The notes below the pieces were generated by a model. That model searched no databases, had not been told where the DNA came from, and worked only from the letters and a program-made list of their open reading frames with translations. A DNA stretch of 64,000 bases, from positions 1-64,000 of the IMG/VR virus record IMGVR_UViG_3300024270_000031; one strand, 5' to 3'. Both the position numbers and the translations under genes were made by a program. The DNA comes from an uncultured virus (IMG/VR IMGVR_UViG_3300024270_000031) (Duplodnaviria; Heunggongvirae; Uroviricota; Caudoviricetes). This document shows, one piece after another, positions 38,490 through 48,356 of this stretch; position 1 is the first letter of the stretch, and each line of letters opens with the position of its first letter.

Positions 38490-39875
38490 ATGAGTAAAGT
38501 TATTCCTACAAAAGATGCTCTGGAGCTTGCTTCAGAGAATTATAAAGAATATAGCGTTTATGTTGCTGCTGGTCGTGCCTATGGATCTGTTATTGACGGT
38601 GCGAAAAGCGTTCAGAAGAGAGTTATTTATTCTCTTTATAAGAAGGCACCTAGATCTATTATTAAGGTAGCAGAAGCGGCTGGCTATTGTCTTGATATGC
38701 ACCCGCATCCTACAGCAGTTCCTGAGGTTATTGTATCTCTCGGTGATACAAGTAATAAATTTAACTTCCTTGATAAGCAGGGAAACTTTGGTAACAGAGC
38801 TAAGAATATTGAAGCTTCAGCTCCACGTTATATTGGTTGTAGACTATCAGATCTTGCTATTGATCTTACCTGTGACGGCGTTGAGTATTGTCCTACTATG
38901 ACCGGTGAGCTTGATAAGCCTGAACCTATTGCCCTGCCTACCTTGCTTCCTCTTTGTTTCCTTAATTCAATGTCTGGTATTCCTGCAGGTCTTCCCAAGC
39001 TCAATATTCCCAGTTTGGATATTGAAGGTATGTTTGATTACTACCTTGATATCCTTAAGCATAAGGACCTTAACTGGGTACCTAAAAAGCTCCCTATTCC
39101 TAATGTTGGTGTGCCGATTTTGTCGACTAAGACAGAGTGGGAAGAAGTGCTCAGGACTGGTAAAGGCACTGTCAGACTTGCACCTGAGATGACTATTGAT
39201 AAAAATGGTACTATCACTATCACTGCGATGCCTTCTTCTAAGTCAGCAGAGCATGTTAGAAAGATCATTGAAAAAGAAATTTTGCTTGATAAAGTAGATA
39301 TGCGTGATGAGTCTACTTATGAAACACGTATTGTTATTGAGAAAGTATTTAAGAAGCAGTGCGATATGCAAGAGCTTTTTGATAGACTTTATAAGAAACT
39401 TCAGGCTTCTGAAACCTATAATCTGGCTTTCTTCGACCAGGACCATATTTATGTTCCTTGTAGCTTTGACTTGGTAGTAAAGTCTAATCTTAATTATCTG
39501 ATTGAAACACACACTAATCGTCTAACACATCAGATTGCAGATAATAGAGAAAAGCTTCTCGTGCTTCAAATTATTGAAAGCCTTAAGAAAACAAATAACT
39601 GGAAGGATATCTTTGATTTGTCGTATGTCGATGCAGTAAATTTTATAGCAATGAGATTTAAAGCTTGTACAGAAGAAATTGCAAAAGAAGTTCTTAGAAA
39701 GCCAATGTCGTACTTAACAAAAGCACATGATCAAGAAATTACTGACCTTCAGAATATTATTGCTGAACTAGAAAATGACCAGTCAGATATTTTTGAAATG
39801 CTTGCTAAAAAGTATAAGACTGTAAAAACAAAGGTACTTAAAGAAGTTTCTAAAAATACTACTAAATTTATCTAA
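38490..39875 (+). CDS. Type IIA topoisomerase subunit A (GyrA/ParC-like, no C-terminal pinwheel)
   Basis: DGAKSVQKR, HPH, QGNFG, SAPRY catalytic Tyr; 461 aa. Confidence 0.9.
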   Translation: MSKVIPTKDALELASENYKEYSVYVAAGRAYGSVIDGAKSVQKRVIYSLYKKAPRSIIKVAEAAGYCLDMHPHPTAVPEVIVSLGDTSNKFNFLDKQGNFGNRAKNIEASAPRYIGCRLSDLAIDLTCDGVEYCPTMTGELDKPEPIALPTLLPLCFLNSMSGIPAGLPKLNIPSLDIEGMFDYYLDILKHKDLNWVPKKLPIPNVGVPILSTKTEWEEVLRTGKGTVRLAPEMTIDKNGTITITAMPSSKSAEHVRKIIEKEILLDKVDMRDESTYETRIVIEKVFKKQCDMQELFDRLYKKLQASETYNLAFFDQDHIYVPCSFDLVVKSNLNYLIETHTNRLTHQIADNREKLLVLQIIESLKKTNNWKDIFDLSYVDAVNFIAMRFKACTEEIAKEVLRKPMSYLTKAHDQEITDLQNIIAELENDQSDIFEMLAKKYKTVKTKVLKEVSKNTTKFI

Positions 39876-39928
39876 AATTTATATATCTATACTAAGTGCT
39901 AAATTATATAGAAACAGGAGGACTTAGT

Positions 39929-40645
39929 ATGGATTATAAAAGATTAAATTTTGAGGACTACTTTATAATATGCTCTGAAAATTGTAATGGGCGAGCAACT
40001 GACCTAGAAATAGCTAAATATGAAAGTATACCCTATAGTTATCGCGGCAAAGATTATTTAGCGGAATATCAAGTACGCTTTGATACAACAAGAAATTGCA
40101 TCCAAGTGCTTTTTGAGCAAACTTCTACAAAATCAGACTGGCGCGTAAATTTTAATTTTGCTTCTAAAATTTATGACAAGTTTACTTTTGACGGCAAGCT
40201 AATTCAGCTAAAAGTACATAGAGGTTGGGGTGGAATGTGGCTTGTATGTCAGCAGACGGTAAGAGCTAAAATTGCCACTTTATTAGAAGAGCATCCTGAT
40301 TGCTTTATAGAAGTTTTTGGCTGGTCCCTTGGTTCCGGATTAGCACAACTTTGTGCAGAAGATATTTATTTTAAGTTTGGTATTAAACCATACCTTTATA
40401 CCTATGGAAGTGTTAAGCCTTTCTTTGGTAAAGATACATATAACTTTGTAAAATCTTGCTGTGCAGAGGCTTATAACTTCTATGATCACTGTGATATTGT
40501 CGGCTATATGGTACCTTTCCCTTGCTGGAAAGCAATAAATCACTGTAAAGTAAAACTTGAGAAATTTAGTATTCTTAAGCTCTTTAAGCCAAATATATAT
40601 CATAGCTACTACGATATTCCAGAGCAATACAAAGATTATAACTAA
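39929..40645 (+). CDS. Lipase class 3 (alpha/beta hydrolase)
   Basis: VHRGW, GWSLG nucleophile elbow, YTYGS, DIV..VP. Confidence 0.8.
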   Translation: MDYKRLNFEDYFIICSENCNGRATDLEIAKYESIPYSYRGKDYLAEYQVRFDTTRNCIQVLFEQTSTKSDWRVNFNFASKIYDKFTFDGKLIQLKVHRGWGGMWLVCQQTVRAKIATLLEEHPDCFIEVFGWSLGSGLAQLCAEDIYFKFGIKPYLYTYGSVKPFFGKDTYNFVKSCCAEAYNFYDHCDIVGYMVPFPCWKAINHCKVKLEKFSILKLFKPNIYHSYYDIPEQYKDYN

Positions 40646-40723
40646 AATAATTAAACGGTCACTAAATGTGGCCGTTTTTTATTGTATTATATAATATAAA
40701 TTTAATTTACCAAGGAGAATAAA

Positions 40724-41131
40724 ATGGTAAAGCTTGATGAAAAAGATTTATATCAGCTTTTAATTGCAGAATTTAGGTATGCCGTAAATAGAGATAACCA
40801 CCTTGCTCCAGGAGGTTGCGTACAGCACGTTATGGACTACCTTCCTGAGATGTCGTCACAGTGGAAAACTCATACTGCAGAACAGTTGACTAATGAGATT
40901 ATTCAAGAAAGACTTTTTATCGGAGGCAGAGTAAAAGGTCGACTTGAACAGGATGCAGAGTGGGAAAAGCTTCTTGTTTTTCTAACAGACTATATTACAA
41001 AGCTTCCATACGCAGTAGAAAAGTACATGCAGTATATTTATAATAAACCTGATTGGGAAGCTAATATCGATTATTATTCTCCAGAAATGGCCGCAAAAAT
41101 TAAACTAAATCAAACAAAATTTAGTGTATAA
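40724..41131 (+). CDS. Hypothetical protein
   Basis: AAGGAG RBS, promoter motif. Confidence 0.7.
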   Translation: MVKLDEKDLYQLLIAEFRYAVNRDNHLAPGGCVQHVMDYLPEMSSQWKTHTAEQLTNEIIQERLFIGGRVKGRLEQDAEWEKLLVFLTDYITKLPYAVEKYMQYIYNKPDWEANIDYYSPEMAAKIKLNQTKFSV

Positions 41132-41161
41132 TATAGTATTAATTGAAAGGAATTATATTAA

Positions 41162-42007
41162 ATGAGCATTGCAGATCTTTATTTTAAAGATGAAGTAAAC
41201 GAACTTCTTACTAATGGTTTTAATGACAAGGATTATCCCGTAAGACCTAAGTGGCCCGACGGCACTCCTGCGCACACAATTAAGACTTTCTGTGCAGTTA
41301 GAACTTACGACCTTTCTAAAGAATTTCCTATTCTTACTCTCAGAACTCAGGCTTTTAAGGGCGTGGTAAGAGAGCTTCTATGGATGTGGCAGAAGAAGTC
41401 TAATGTTGTAAATGAACTGGGCAAATCTGCTTCTATTTGGAGAGCTTGGGAAGGTGAAGACGGAACTATTGGTAAGACCTATGGCTATCAGCTTGGTAAG
41501 GTATCTGATTATGGCTACGGCAAGTTTGACCAGGTAGATAATCTTATTTATCTTTTGAAGAATAAGCCAATGGACCGCAGAATGATTACTACTATGTGGT
41601 GTCCTCAGGACCTTAATGAGATGAATCTTCCTCCGTGTGTGTATGAGACTCTTTGGGATGTTTCTGACGGAAAGCTTAATTGTACCGTAATTCAGCGTTC
41701 AGGTGACTTGCTTGCAGCTGCTGCCTCTGGTGGTTGGGATACTATTCAATATGCAGTTTTGGTACATATGCTTGCACAGGTTTGTGGTTATCAGCCTGGT
41801 ACACTTGTCCATATTGTAAATAATCTTCATATTTACGACCGTCATGTAGACCTTGTTAAGGAAGTTATGGAAAATCCTGAATATCCTGGTCCTCAGCTTA
41901 AGCTTAATCCAGACGTAAAGGATTTTTATGACTTTACAGAAGATGACTTTGAGCTTATTGGTTATCAGTCTACTAAGCTTGCTACTAAGTTTGAGGTAGC
42001 GGAGTAA
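41162..42007 (+). CDS. thyA: Thymidylate synthase
   Basis: ELLW, YGYQ, LPPC, QRSGD, HIYDRH. Confidence 0.95.
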   Translation: MSIADLYFKDEVNELLTNGFNDKDYPVRPKWPDGTPAHTIKTFCAVRTYDLSKEFPILTLRTQAFKGVVRELLWMWQKKSNVVNELGKSASIWRAWEGEDGTIGKTYGYQLGKVSDYGYGKFDQVDNLIYLLKNKPMDRRMITTMWCPQDLNEMNLPPCVYETLWDVSDGKLNCTVIQRSGDLLAAAASGGWDTIQYAVLVHMLAQVCGYQPGTLVHIVNNLHIYDRHVDLVKEVMENPEYPGPQLKLNPDVKDFYDFTEDDFELIGYQSTKLATKFEVAE

Positions 42008-42216
42008 TGGGAACTGCTTCAATTCATACTTCTACAGGTTCAACAATTTACTATTCCCAACGATGTTTGTGCTGTGAAAACACAAGACGTCTTCCGGAAG
42101 GAATGACTTATTGCAGTACACCTTGGGTTTGTGATGAGTGCAGAGACGCTATTGCTTTTCTTAAAGACTTCAAAAAAGAATATATCAAAGCACAAAAAAT
42201 GCTGGATAAAACGTAA
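42007..42216 (+). CDS. Small zinc-finger protein
   Basis: CLCC...CDEC. Confidence 0.6.
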   Translation: MGTASIHTSTGSTIYYSQRCLCCENTRRLPEGMTYCSTPWVCDECRDAIAFLKDFKKEYIKAQKMLDKT

Positions 42217-42300
42217 AATAATGTTAAGGTAGGCTTGAAAAATAGCCTACCTTTATTGTATTATATAATATAAAAATAATAAACAGGAGTAACATGAATT

Positions 42301-43500
42301 ATGAAACTTAATCCTATTATTAACTCGTTGCTTGAAACTGACCTCTACAAGTTTTCCATGGGTCAGGCAATCTATCATCAGTTCCCCAGTTACATGACAA
42401 CTTGGACTTTTAAGTGCAGAAACAAGGATGTTTTCTTCACTCAGGAGATGGTAGAGGAAATCAAAGAGCAACTTAGAGCTTATTGCAAACTTCGTTTTAC
42501 TGAGGATGAGCTTGCCTACCTCGGAAATATTAAGTGGTTTAAGCCTTCTTATATTAATTTCCTTCGTCTCTGGCAGCCGAGATTTGAGGATTTCACAATT
42601 ACTACCGATGCAGCATGCGGTCTCGCGATTGAGACAGACGGCTCTTGGTTGAATACTTCTATGTATGAGATCCCTACTCTCGCAATCGTTAATGAAGTTT
42701 ATTTTAGAATGAACTACAGCTACGAGGAAAGATTTGAGAGCTTCAAGAAAAAGCTCGATGAAAAGATCGACAAGATTGATAAAGAGTATTTCCTCGGTAC
42801 TTATAGTGAGTTTGGTCTCAGAAGACGTTTGTCCAGTGAAGCTCAGGAGCTGGCTGTTCAGAAGCTTGCAGCTACCTCTTCCGAAACTTCTCACTTCATT
42901 GGCACCTCTAATGTATATCTTGCAAAGAAGTATGGTTTGACTCCTGTAGGTACTATGGCACATGAATGGATTATGTGCACCGGTCAAGGTAATCTTAAGC
43001 ATAATCCTGCTTATTCGAACTGGTACGCTCTCGATGCTTGGGTTAAGGAATATGGTATCCTCAATGGTATCGCGCTTACTGATACTATTACTACTAAGTG
43101 TTTTGCTAAGGACTTCCAGCTCACTTATGCTACTCTTTTTAGTGGCGTTAGACACGATTCCGGTGATCCTTATGAATGGGGTGACTTCATGATTGAGCAC
43201 TACAAGTCTCTCGGTATTGACCCTAAGGGTAAGACTCTTCTTTTTAGTGACAGTCTTAACTTTGAGAAGGCAACAGCCCTTAACAAGTATTTTAAGGATA
43301 AAGCTAAGCCCGCGTTTGGTATTGGTACATATATCTCTAATGACACTGATATGCCCGCTCTTAACATCGTTATGAAAACTACTAAGTGTAATGGTACCGA
43401 CGTTGCTAAGATTTCTGACGTCCCCGGTAAGGGAATGTGCAAGAATCAGGATTATGTAGACTACCTTAATCGAACCATCACTTGGAGAATGGAGCACTAA
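42301..43500 (+). CDS. pncB: Nicotinate phosphoribosyltransferase
   Basis: SLLETDLYK, EFGLRRR, GTSNV, GTMAHEW, GVRHDSGDP, FSDSL, KISDVPGK. Confidence 0.93.
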   Translation: MKLNPIINSLLETDLYKFSMGQAIYHQFPSYMTTWTFKCRNKDVFFTQEMVEEIKEQLRAYCKLRFTEDELAYLGNIKWFKPSYINFLRLWQPRFEDFTITTDAACGLAIETDGSWLNTSMYEIPTLAIVNEVYFRMNYSYEERFESFKKKLDEKIDKIDKEYFLGTYSEFGLRRRLSSEAQELAVQKLAATSSETSHFIGTSNVYLAKKYGLTPVGTMAHEWIMCTGQGNLKHNPAYSNWYALDAWVKEYGILNGIALTDTITTKCFAKDFQLTYATLFSGVRHDSGDPYEWGDFMIEHYKSLGIDPKGKTLLFSDSLNFEKATALNKYFKDKAKPAFGIGTYISNDTDMPALNIVMKTTKCNGTDVAKISDVPGKGMCKNQDYVDYLNRTITWRMEH

Positions 43501-44039
43501 TGAAGCTTTATAATTTAGGAATGGTCCTCGGCCGTTTCCAAGTGCTTCATAAGGGACATGTAGCAATGGTAAAGCATGCTCTTGAGTTTTGTGACCAGGT
43601 AGTTGTCTATATCGGCTCAAGCCAAGAGCAGCGCACTACTACCAACCCTTTTAGTTATGAAGAACGCGTTGAGATGTTTGAAAGAGTTTTTGTTGCGGAA
43701 TGCATTTGTAAAAAGCTTTTGATTCGTCCGCTTCCTGATATCGGTGCAGGTAATAACTCTTCTTGGGGAGAGTATGTAATGAATACTTTTAATAAAGAAT
43801 TTCACCGACTCCCTGACCTTTATGTAACCGGCTGCGAAAAAGAACGTGCTTCTTGGTTTACAGATGTTATTGCGCCAAATACAGATGAATTAAGAATGAC
43901 TCGTAAAAATATTGACGTATCTGGTACCTGGTGCCGTCAGGCGCTACTTGCAAATGATTACGAACAGTGGTGTAAAATGGTTCCTTATGAGTTGTTTGAC
44001 AAGTTCAAAGAATATAAAAATATATTAGAAGAGGTATAA
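43500..44039 (+). CDS. Nicotinamide/nicotinate mononucleotide adenylyltransferase (NadM-like)
   Basis: GRFQVLHKGH (HxGH), IGSSQ...NPFSYEER, SGTWCR. Confidence 0.88.
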   Translation: MKLYNLGMVLGRFQVLHKGHVAMVKHALEFCDQVVVYIGSSQEQRTTTNPFSYEERVEMFERVFVAECICKKLLIRPLPDIGAGNNSSWGEYVMNTFNKEFHRLPDLYVTGCEKERASWFTDVIAPNTDELRMTRKNIDVSGTWCRQALLANDYEQWCKMVPYELFDKFKEYKNILEEV

Positions 44040-44040
44040 T

Positions 44041-44556
44041 ATGGATAAGTTACTTATTATTGTTGATATGCAGAATGACTTTATTGACGGCGCGCTTGCA
44101 AATCCTGCTGCGCAGGCAATCGTTACAGGTATTGTAGAGCTTGCTAAAAATTGGACAGGTAAGCTTTGTGTAACCTATGATACTCATCAGGAGAATTATC
44201 TTGAGACTCAGGAAGGTAAGAATCTTCCGTTCGCACATTGTATTATTAATACAGAAGGTCACAGGCTTAATGCACAAATCGCGGCTGTAACTAATGACCG
44301 AGTTAACTACACAGTATTTAAACCTACTTTTGGTTTTGCTAACTGGGGTCAGTATGGTTTTGATAATCACTTCAATGAAGTAGTTGTTGTCGGAACCTGT
44401 ACTGATATTTGTGTAGTAAGTAATGTACTTGCAATTAAGGCCGCTTATCCAGAGCTTAAGGTAACTGTTATCGAGAATCTTTGTGCAGGGCTTTCTCCTG
44501 AAAAGCATGCAGCAGCTATTGAGGTTATGAAGAGTTGTCAGGTAAACGTAGTTTAA
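44041..44556 (+). CDS. pncA: Nicotinamidase / isochorismatase family
   Basis: IVDMQNDFIDG, DTH, HC, K, GTCTDICV; operon context. Confidence 0.85.
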   Translation: MDKLLIIVDMQNDFIDGALANPAAQAIVTGIVELAKNWTGKLCVTYDTHQENYLETQEGKNLPFAHCIINTEGHRLNAQIAAVTNDRVNYTVFKPTFGFANWGQYGFDNHFNEVVVVGTCTDICVVSNVLAIKAAYPELKVTVIENLCAGLSPEKHAAAIEVMKSCQVNVV

Positions 44557-44567
44557 GGAGTGCTCAA

Positions 44568-45281
44568 ATGTCTGAGAAATTAAATAGAATTATCGACTGG
44601 ATGTATGAGTTTAAAGAGAAAAATAGTGTTAAAGGTGTAGTCCTTGGGCTTTCCGGGGGAAAAGATTCTACAGTAGTGGCAATGCTTGCAAAGAAGGTCT
44701 TTGGTGATAATGTAATTGCTGTATCTATGCCTAATGGCAGACAGTCTGATATTGGTGATGTTAGAGATATTATTACGACTTTGAAATTGACTTCGCCGTT
44801 GGTAAATATTCAGAATACTTTTGATACTCTTATTCATGACACTTATATGAATATTTCTGACAAAGCAAAGACTAATATCGCACCTCGTATCAGAATGACG
44901 GTGCTTTACGCTATTGCTCAGTCCCTTGGCTATCTCGTTATTGGCACCGGCAATAAGTCCGAGGCTATGATTGGCTGGACTACAAAGTTTGGTGATTCTG
45001 CTTGCGACTTCAATCCTATCGGACACCTTACTTGTCGTGAAGTAATCGAGATCGGTAAGGAACTCGCTGAGGATTTCGGTCTTGATATTAACTATATCAT
45101 TAAGAAACCTGCTGACGGACTTACCAGTAAGACCGACGAAGATAACTTTGGTTTCACCTATGATGAACTCGATGACTACCTTATGTACGGCATTGAGGGC
45201 CCTAACATCGATAAGATTAAAAACATGATTGCTTGGGCAGAACACAAGAGACAAATGCCTCCTAAAGTGGAGTCGTATTAA
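44568..45281 (+). CDS. nadE: NH3-dependent NAD+ synthetase
   Basis: GLSGGKDS, NIAPRIRM, GTGNKSE, TKFGD, HKR. Confidence 0.93.
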   Translation: MSEKLNRIIDWMYEFKEKNSVKGVVLGLSGGKDSTVVAMLAKKVFGDNVIAVSMPNGRQSDIGDVRDIITTLKLTSPLVNIQNTFDTLIHDTYMNISDKAKTNIAPRIRMTVLYAIAQSLGYLVIGTGNKSEAMIGWTTKFGDSACDFNPIGHLTCREVIEIGKELAEDFGLDINYIIKKPADGLTSKTDEDNFGFTYDELDDYLMYGIEGPNIDKIKNMIAWAEHKRQMPPKVESY

Positions 45282-45291
45282 AAGGAAAAGT

Positions 45292-45840
45292 ATGAAAAAT
45301 TTATTTAAACATTTAAAAACTGTACACATTCATAGAAAGTTTGTTAGAAAAGCTTGTTTTAAAATGGGGTTATTTTGGCAAGGTTTGACTCATGACTTGA
45401 GTAAGTATTCTATTACCGAACTTAGTATGTGTAAATATTACACAGGTAAAGGCAGTCCGCATCAAGTGGCACGTGAACAGCTTGGCTATTCTCCCAGCTG
45501 GATTCATCACTATCACATGAATAAACATCACTTTCAGTTTTGGTGGGATGAGGATGAAGAAGGTAAAATCATTCCAATGAAGATGCCCTATAAGTATCTT
45601 ATTGAAAGTTTTTGTGATATGCTAGGCGCTAGCAAGGCATATAATCCAGATAGTTGGGAACCTCAAATGCTTCTTGACTACTGGAATAATAAATGTGTTG
45701 GTAAGCGAATTATGCATGAGGCTTCTGTTAAGTTTTTAGATGCTCAAATTAAAAATTTAGTAACATGTGGCGAAGAAGCTTTCTTTGAATGGTACAAAAA
45801 TAATAAAGATTTTCTTAGAAAAACTTATAGCGAAATGTGA
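45292..45840 (+). CDS. HD-superfamily (DUF5662-like) protein
   Basis: HDLSKYS, HHYHMNKHHFQFW, ESFCD. Confidence 0.75.
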   Translation: MKNLFKHLKTVHIHRKFVRKACFKMGLFWQGLTHDLSKYSITELSMCKYYTGKGSPHQVAREQLGYSPSWIHHYHMNKHHFQFWWDEDEEGKIIPMKMPYKYLIESFCDMLGASKAYNPDSWEPQMLLDYWNNKCVGKRIMHEASVKFLDAQIKNLVTCGEEAFFEWYKNNKDFLRKTYSEM

Positions 45841-45915
45841 TAATTAAAGCAGGCTGTAAAAAATAGCCTGCTTTTTATTGTATATTATAATATAAAAGTT
45901 TATGGAGGATTTAAA

Positions 45916-46383
45916 ATGACACGACCTTCTATTGATGAATATTATCTTGGTATTGCGAAAGCCGTATCAGCAAGGTCTACCTGTATTCGAAAACACTACG
46001 GGGCAGTTATCGTAAAAAATGGAGAAATTGTAAGCACTGGTTATAACAACCCGCCTCGTGGAGAGCCTCACTGTTATACGTGTACTAAATGTAAAAATGG
46101 CAAAGATGCTTCGACTTATATTGACTGCCCAGCTGTTCACGCAGAAATGAATGCAATTATTTCTGCAAGTAGAAATGAAATGCTTGGAGCTGATCTTTAC
46201 CTTGCTGGCTTTGATGTTAGAACAGGCGAAGCAGTTGAATGTGAAGCATGGCCTTGTGAAATTTGCTTAAGACTTATAAAAAATGCCGGGATAAATAGTA
46301 TTATAAATAGTAAAGGCGTTATTTATTTACGTTCAGAGCATAGTAATCTTTTGCTTCAACTGATTGAAAAGGAGACTAAATAA
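45916..46383 (+). CDS. dCMP deaminase
   Basis: HAEMNAII, PCEIC. Confidence 0.9.
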   Translation: MTRPSIDEYYLGIAKAVSARSTCIRKHYGAVIVKNGEIVSTGYNNPPRGEPHCYTCTKCKNGKDASTYIDCPAVHAEMNAIISASRNEMLGADLYLAGFDVRTGEAVECEAWPCEICLRLIKNAGINSIINSKGVIYLRSEHSNLLLQLIEKETK

Positions 46384-46874
46384 TGATTATTGGAATTGTT
46401 TGTGTAGATAACAAATGGGGTATCGGAAAGAAGAATGATCTTCTTTTTCACTTGAAGAAGGATATGCAGTTCTTTAGACAGACTACTGCAGACAGTATTG
46501 TAGTGTGTGGATATAATACACTTTTGAGTTTTCCTGGAAGTAAGCCTCTCAAGGGCCGCTCGACAATTTGTCTTTGCCCCGAAGAAGTAGAAAGAGACGA
46601 CTGCTTCTGTATTCACGATTTTGATGAAATGATAAGACTTGTTAAGGAGCTTGCCAAGAATCATCCTGTATTTATAATTGGTGGAGCTATGCTTTATCGG
46701 AGTATGCTTCCTTATTATGATAAGGTGTATGTGAATATGGTAGACGCTGACGGAGAGGCTGAAGTATACTTCCCTAATCTTGATGCAAATACCGCTTACG
46801 AGGTTACTCATGTTTTGCCAGCGGTTGAGGATGAAGGGTACCTTACCCAGCTTTATACTTACACAAGAAAATAA
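46383..46874 (+). CDS. folA: Dihydrofolate reductase
   Basis: GIGKKNDL, DMQFF, PLKGR, IIGGAMLY. Confidence 0.92.
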   Translation: MIIGIVCVDNKWGIGKKNDLLFHLKKDMQFFRQTTADSIVVCGYNTLLSFPGSKPLKGRSTICLCPEEVERDDCFCIHDFDEMIRLVKELAKNHPVFIIGGAMLYRSMLPYYDKVYVNMVDADGEAEVYFPNLDANTAYEVTHVLPAVEDEGYLTQLYTYTRK

Positions 46875-46890
46875 AGGATACTATAGTTTT

Positions 46891-47901
46891 ATGTTTATAC
46901 CAAAGATACCAGTAGAAGACACTATTTTACGAGACTATTCGGTAAACTCAGCTATTATAGATACAAATGAAAATATTAATAGTTTTGAAAATCAGTATAT
47001 AACAGTAACTATGCCTATTAATACAATTTTATGGTTTGCTGAAAATAATTGGAAATGTCCAAAAAGTACTATAAATAGACAAATTTTATCTGCAGCTGAA
47101 TGGGAGACCGAAAAACAGGCATTGATTGCTTACGGTAAAAACCTAAAGATAAATACGAAAGCGTCACTGTGCGGTACTTTTAATAAGAATAATACGAGTT
47201 ATTTGATTTGGTTAGAATTTACCGGACCAGACCTTATAAAGCATAAACTTGATATTTTTATAAATGAAAAATCTAAAGATGGTACAAAGATTTATGCTAT
47301 AAAAGGTATTGATGGTGTGCTTTGTGATACTATTTATAATGCTATTATTAATAATGGCGTAATTGACCCTAGAATTGCCAGAAAATTAAACAGTATTGGG
47401 TCTGTCGCTTGGATCGGAACTGCAGAGTCTAAAACTCAATACAAACTTAATAGTTTTAGACAACAAAAACTTTTCGAAAAAGCTGCAGCAGAGTGCCCAT
47501 TCGTAGAACTACGTCAGCTTGATTGTTTTGATGATTATCTTTATAGAGGTGACCCTGGTCAATTAGCTGACTATGATTTAACTATTACGCTTAAAAATGG
47601 CGTTAAAGTTACTACTCGCCTCGATTTAAAGTTATTACATGACCTTAGCTTTGAGTCAATAGAAGAACAAAATCCACATGATGCTGAAATTATACTCGCA
47701 TCCGCACTTCTTGATGCAGGTAAGGTTAAGGGTGGACGATTTTTTGACCCTATCGATGGTATTAAAATAGAAGATACAGAGGAGTTTAAGAATTTTATTG
47801 AGTTGTTCAAGATTGCACTAAAAGCTAATCCAAGGCAGTATATTAAAATTTATAATATTGATACTACTACCGGTAAAGTTACTTATTCTTTTTTTAGCTA
47901 A
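46891..47901 (+). CDS. Hypothetical protein
   Basis: Long ORF with AAGGA RBS; no recognised motif. Confidence 0.65.
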   Translation: MFIPKIPVEDTILRDYSVNSAIIDTNENINSFENQYITVTMPINTILWFAENNWKCPKSTINRQILSAAEWETEKQALIAYGKNLKINTKASLCGTFNKNNTSYLIWLEFTGPDLIKHKLDIFINEKSKDGTKIYAIKGIDGVLCDTIYNAIINNGVIDPRIARKLNSIGSVAWIGTAESKTQYKLNSFRQQKLFEKAAAECPFVELRQLDCFDDYLYRGDPGQLADYDLTITLKNGVKVTTRLDLKLLHDLSFESIEEQNPHDAEIILASALLDAGKVKGGRFFDPIDGIKIEDTEEFKNFIELFKIALKANPRQYIKIYNIDTTTGKVTYSFFS

Positions 47902-47913
47902 CAAGGAGAAAAG

Positions 47914-48102
47914 ATGAACAATCAACTTAAAACTAAATGTTCGTTTTGTAGATATTGGACAGGCCGCGGCTGCATGGTAACGCCAAATTCGCATTATTGT
48001 AAAGAAGCAAACGATGAGTACTACCAGTACTTAAAAACTAGAAATAATGCGGCTAGCATGCCTGCGCAAAGGTCGTTAAGATCTTGGGATAAAAAGCGAT
48101 AA
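47914..48102 (+). CDS. Small Cys-containing protein
   Basis: AAGGAG RBS; CSFC...C...C. Confidence 0.6.
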   Translation: MNNQLKTKCSFCRYWTGRGCMVTPNSHYCKEANDEYYQYLKTRNNAASMPAQRSLRSWDKKR

Positions 48103-48356
48103 AATTATTCGCTAAATTAAGTAGAAGGCCTTCGGGCCAGCTTAAAAGATGAATTCAAGTGATACTAAAAAGATACAAAAATATAAATTAAAGATACTGT
48201 TTATACAATAAATAAAAGATATTTATAATTTAATACTTTAATCTTTTTAGTACCGCTTAGGATTTTTCTAAGCGGTATTTTTATTTTAACTCCTAATTTT
48301 ATCGATTTTTTACTGTATTATATTTTGTATATAAATTTTAAAGGAGAGTTAAACTA

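Noticed and set aside
42253..43620. 455-aa minus-strand ORF (also 44580..45329, 57420..58346, 59704..60357, 51987..52580)
   Set aside because: Antisense shadows of well-supported + strand genes with biased codon use; no recognisable motifs
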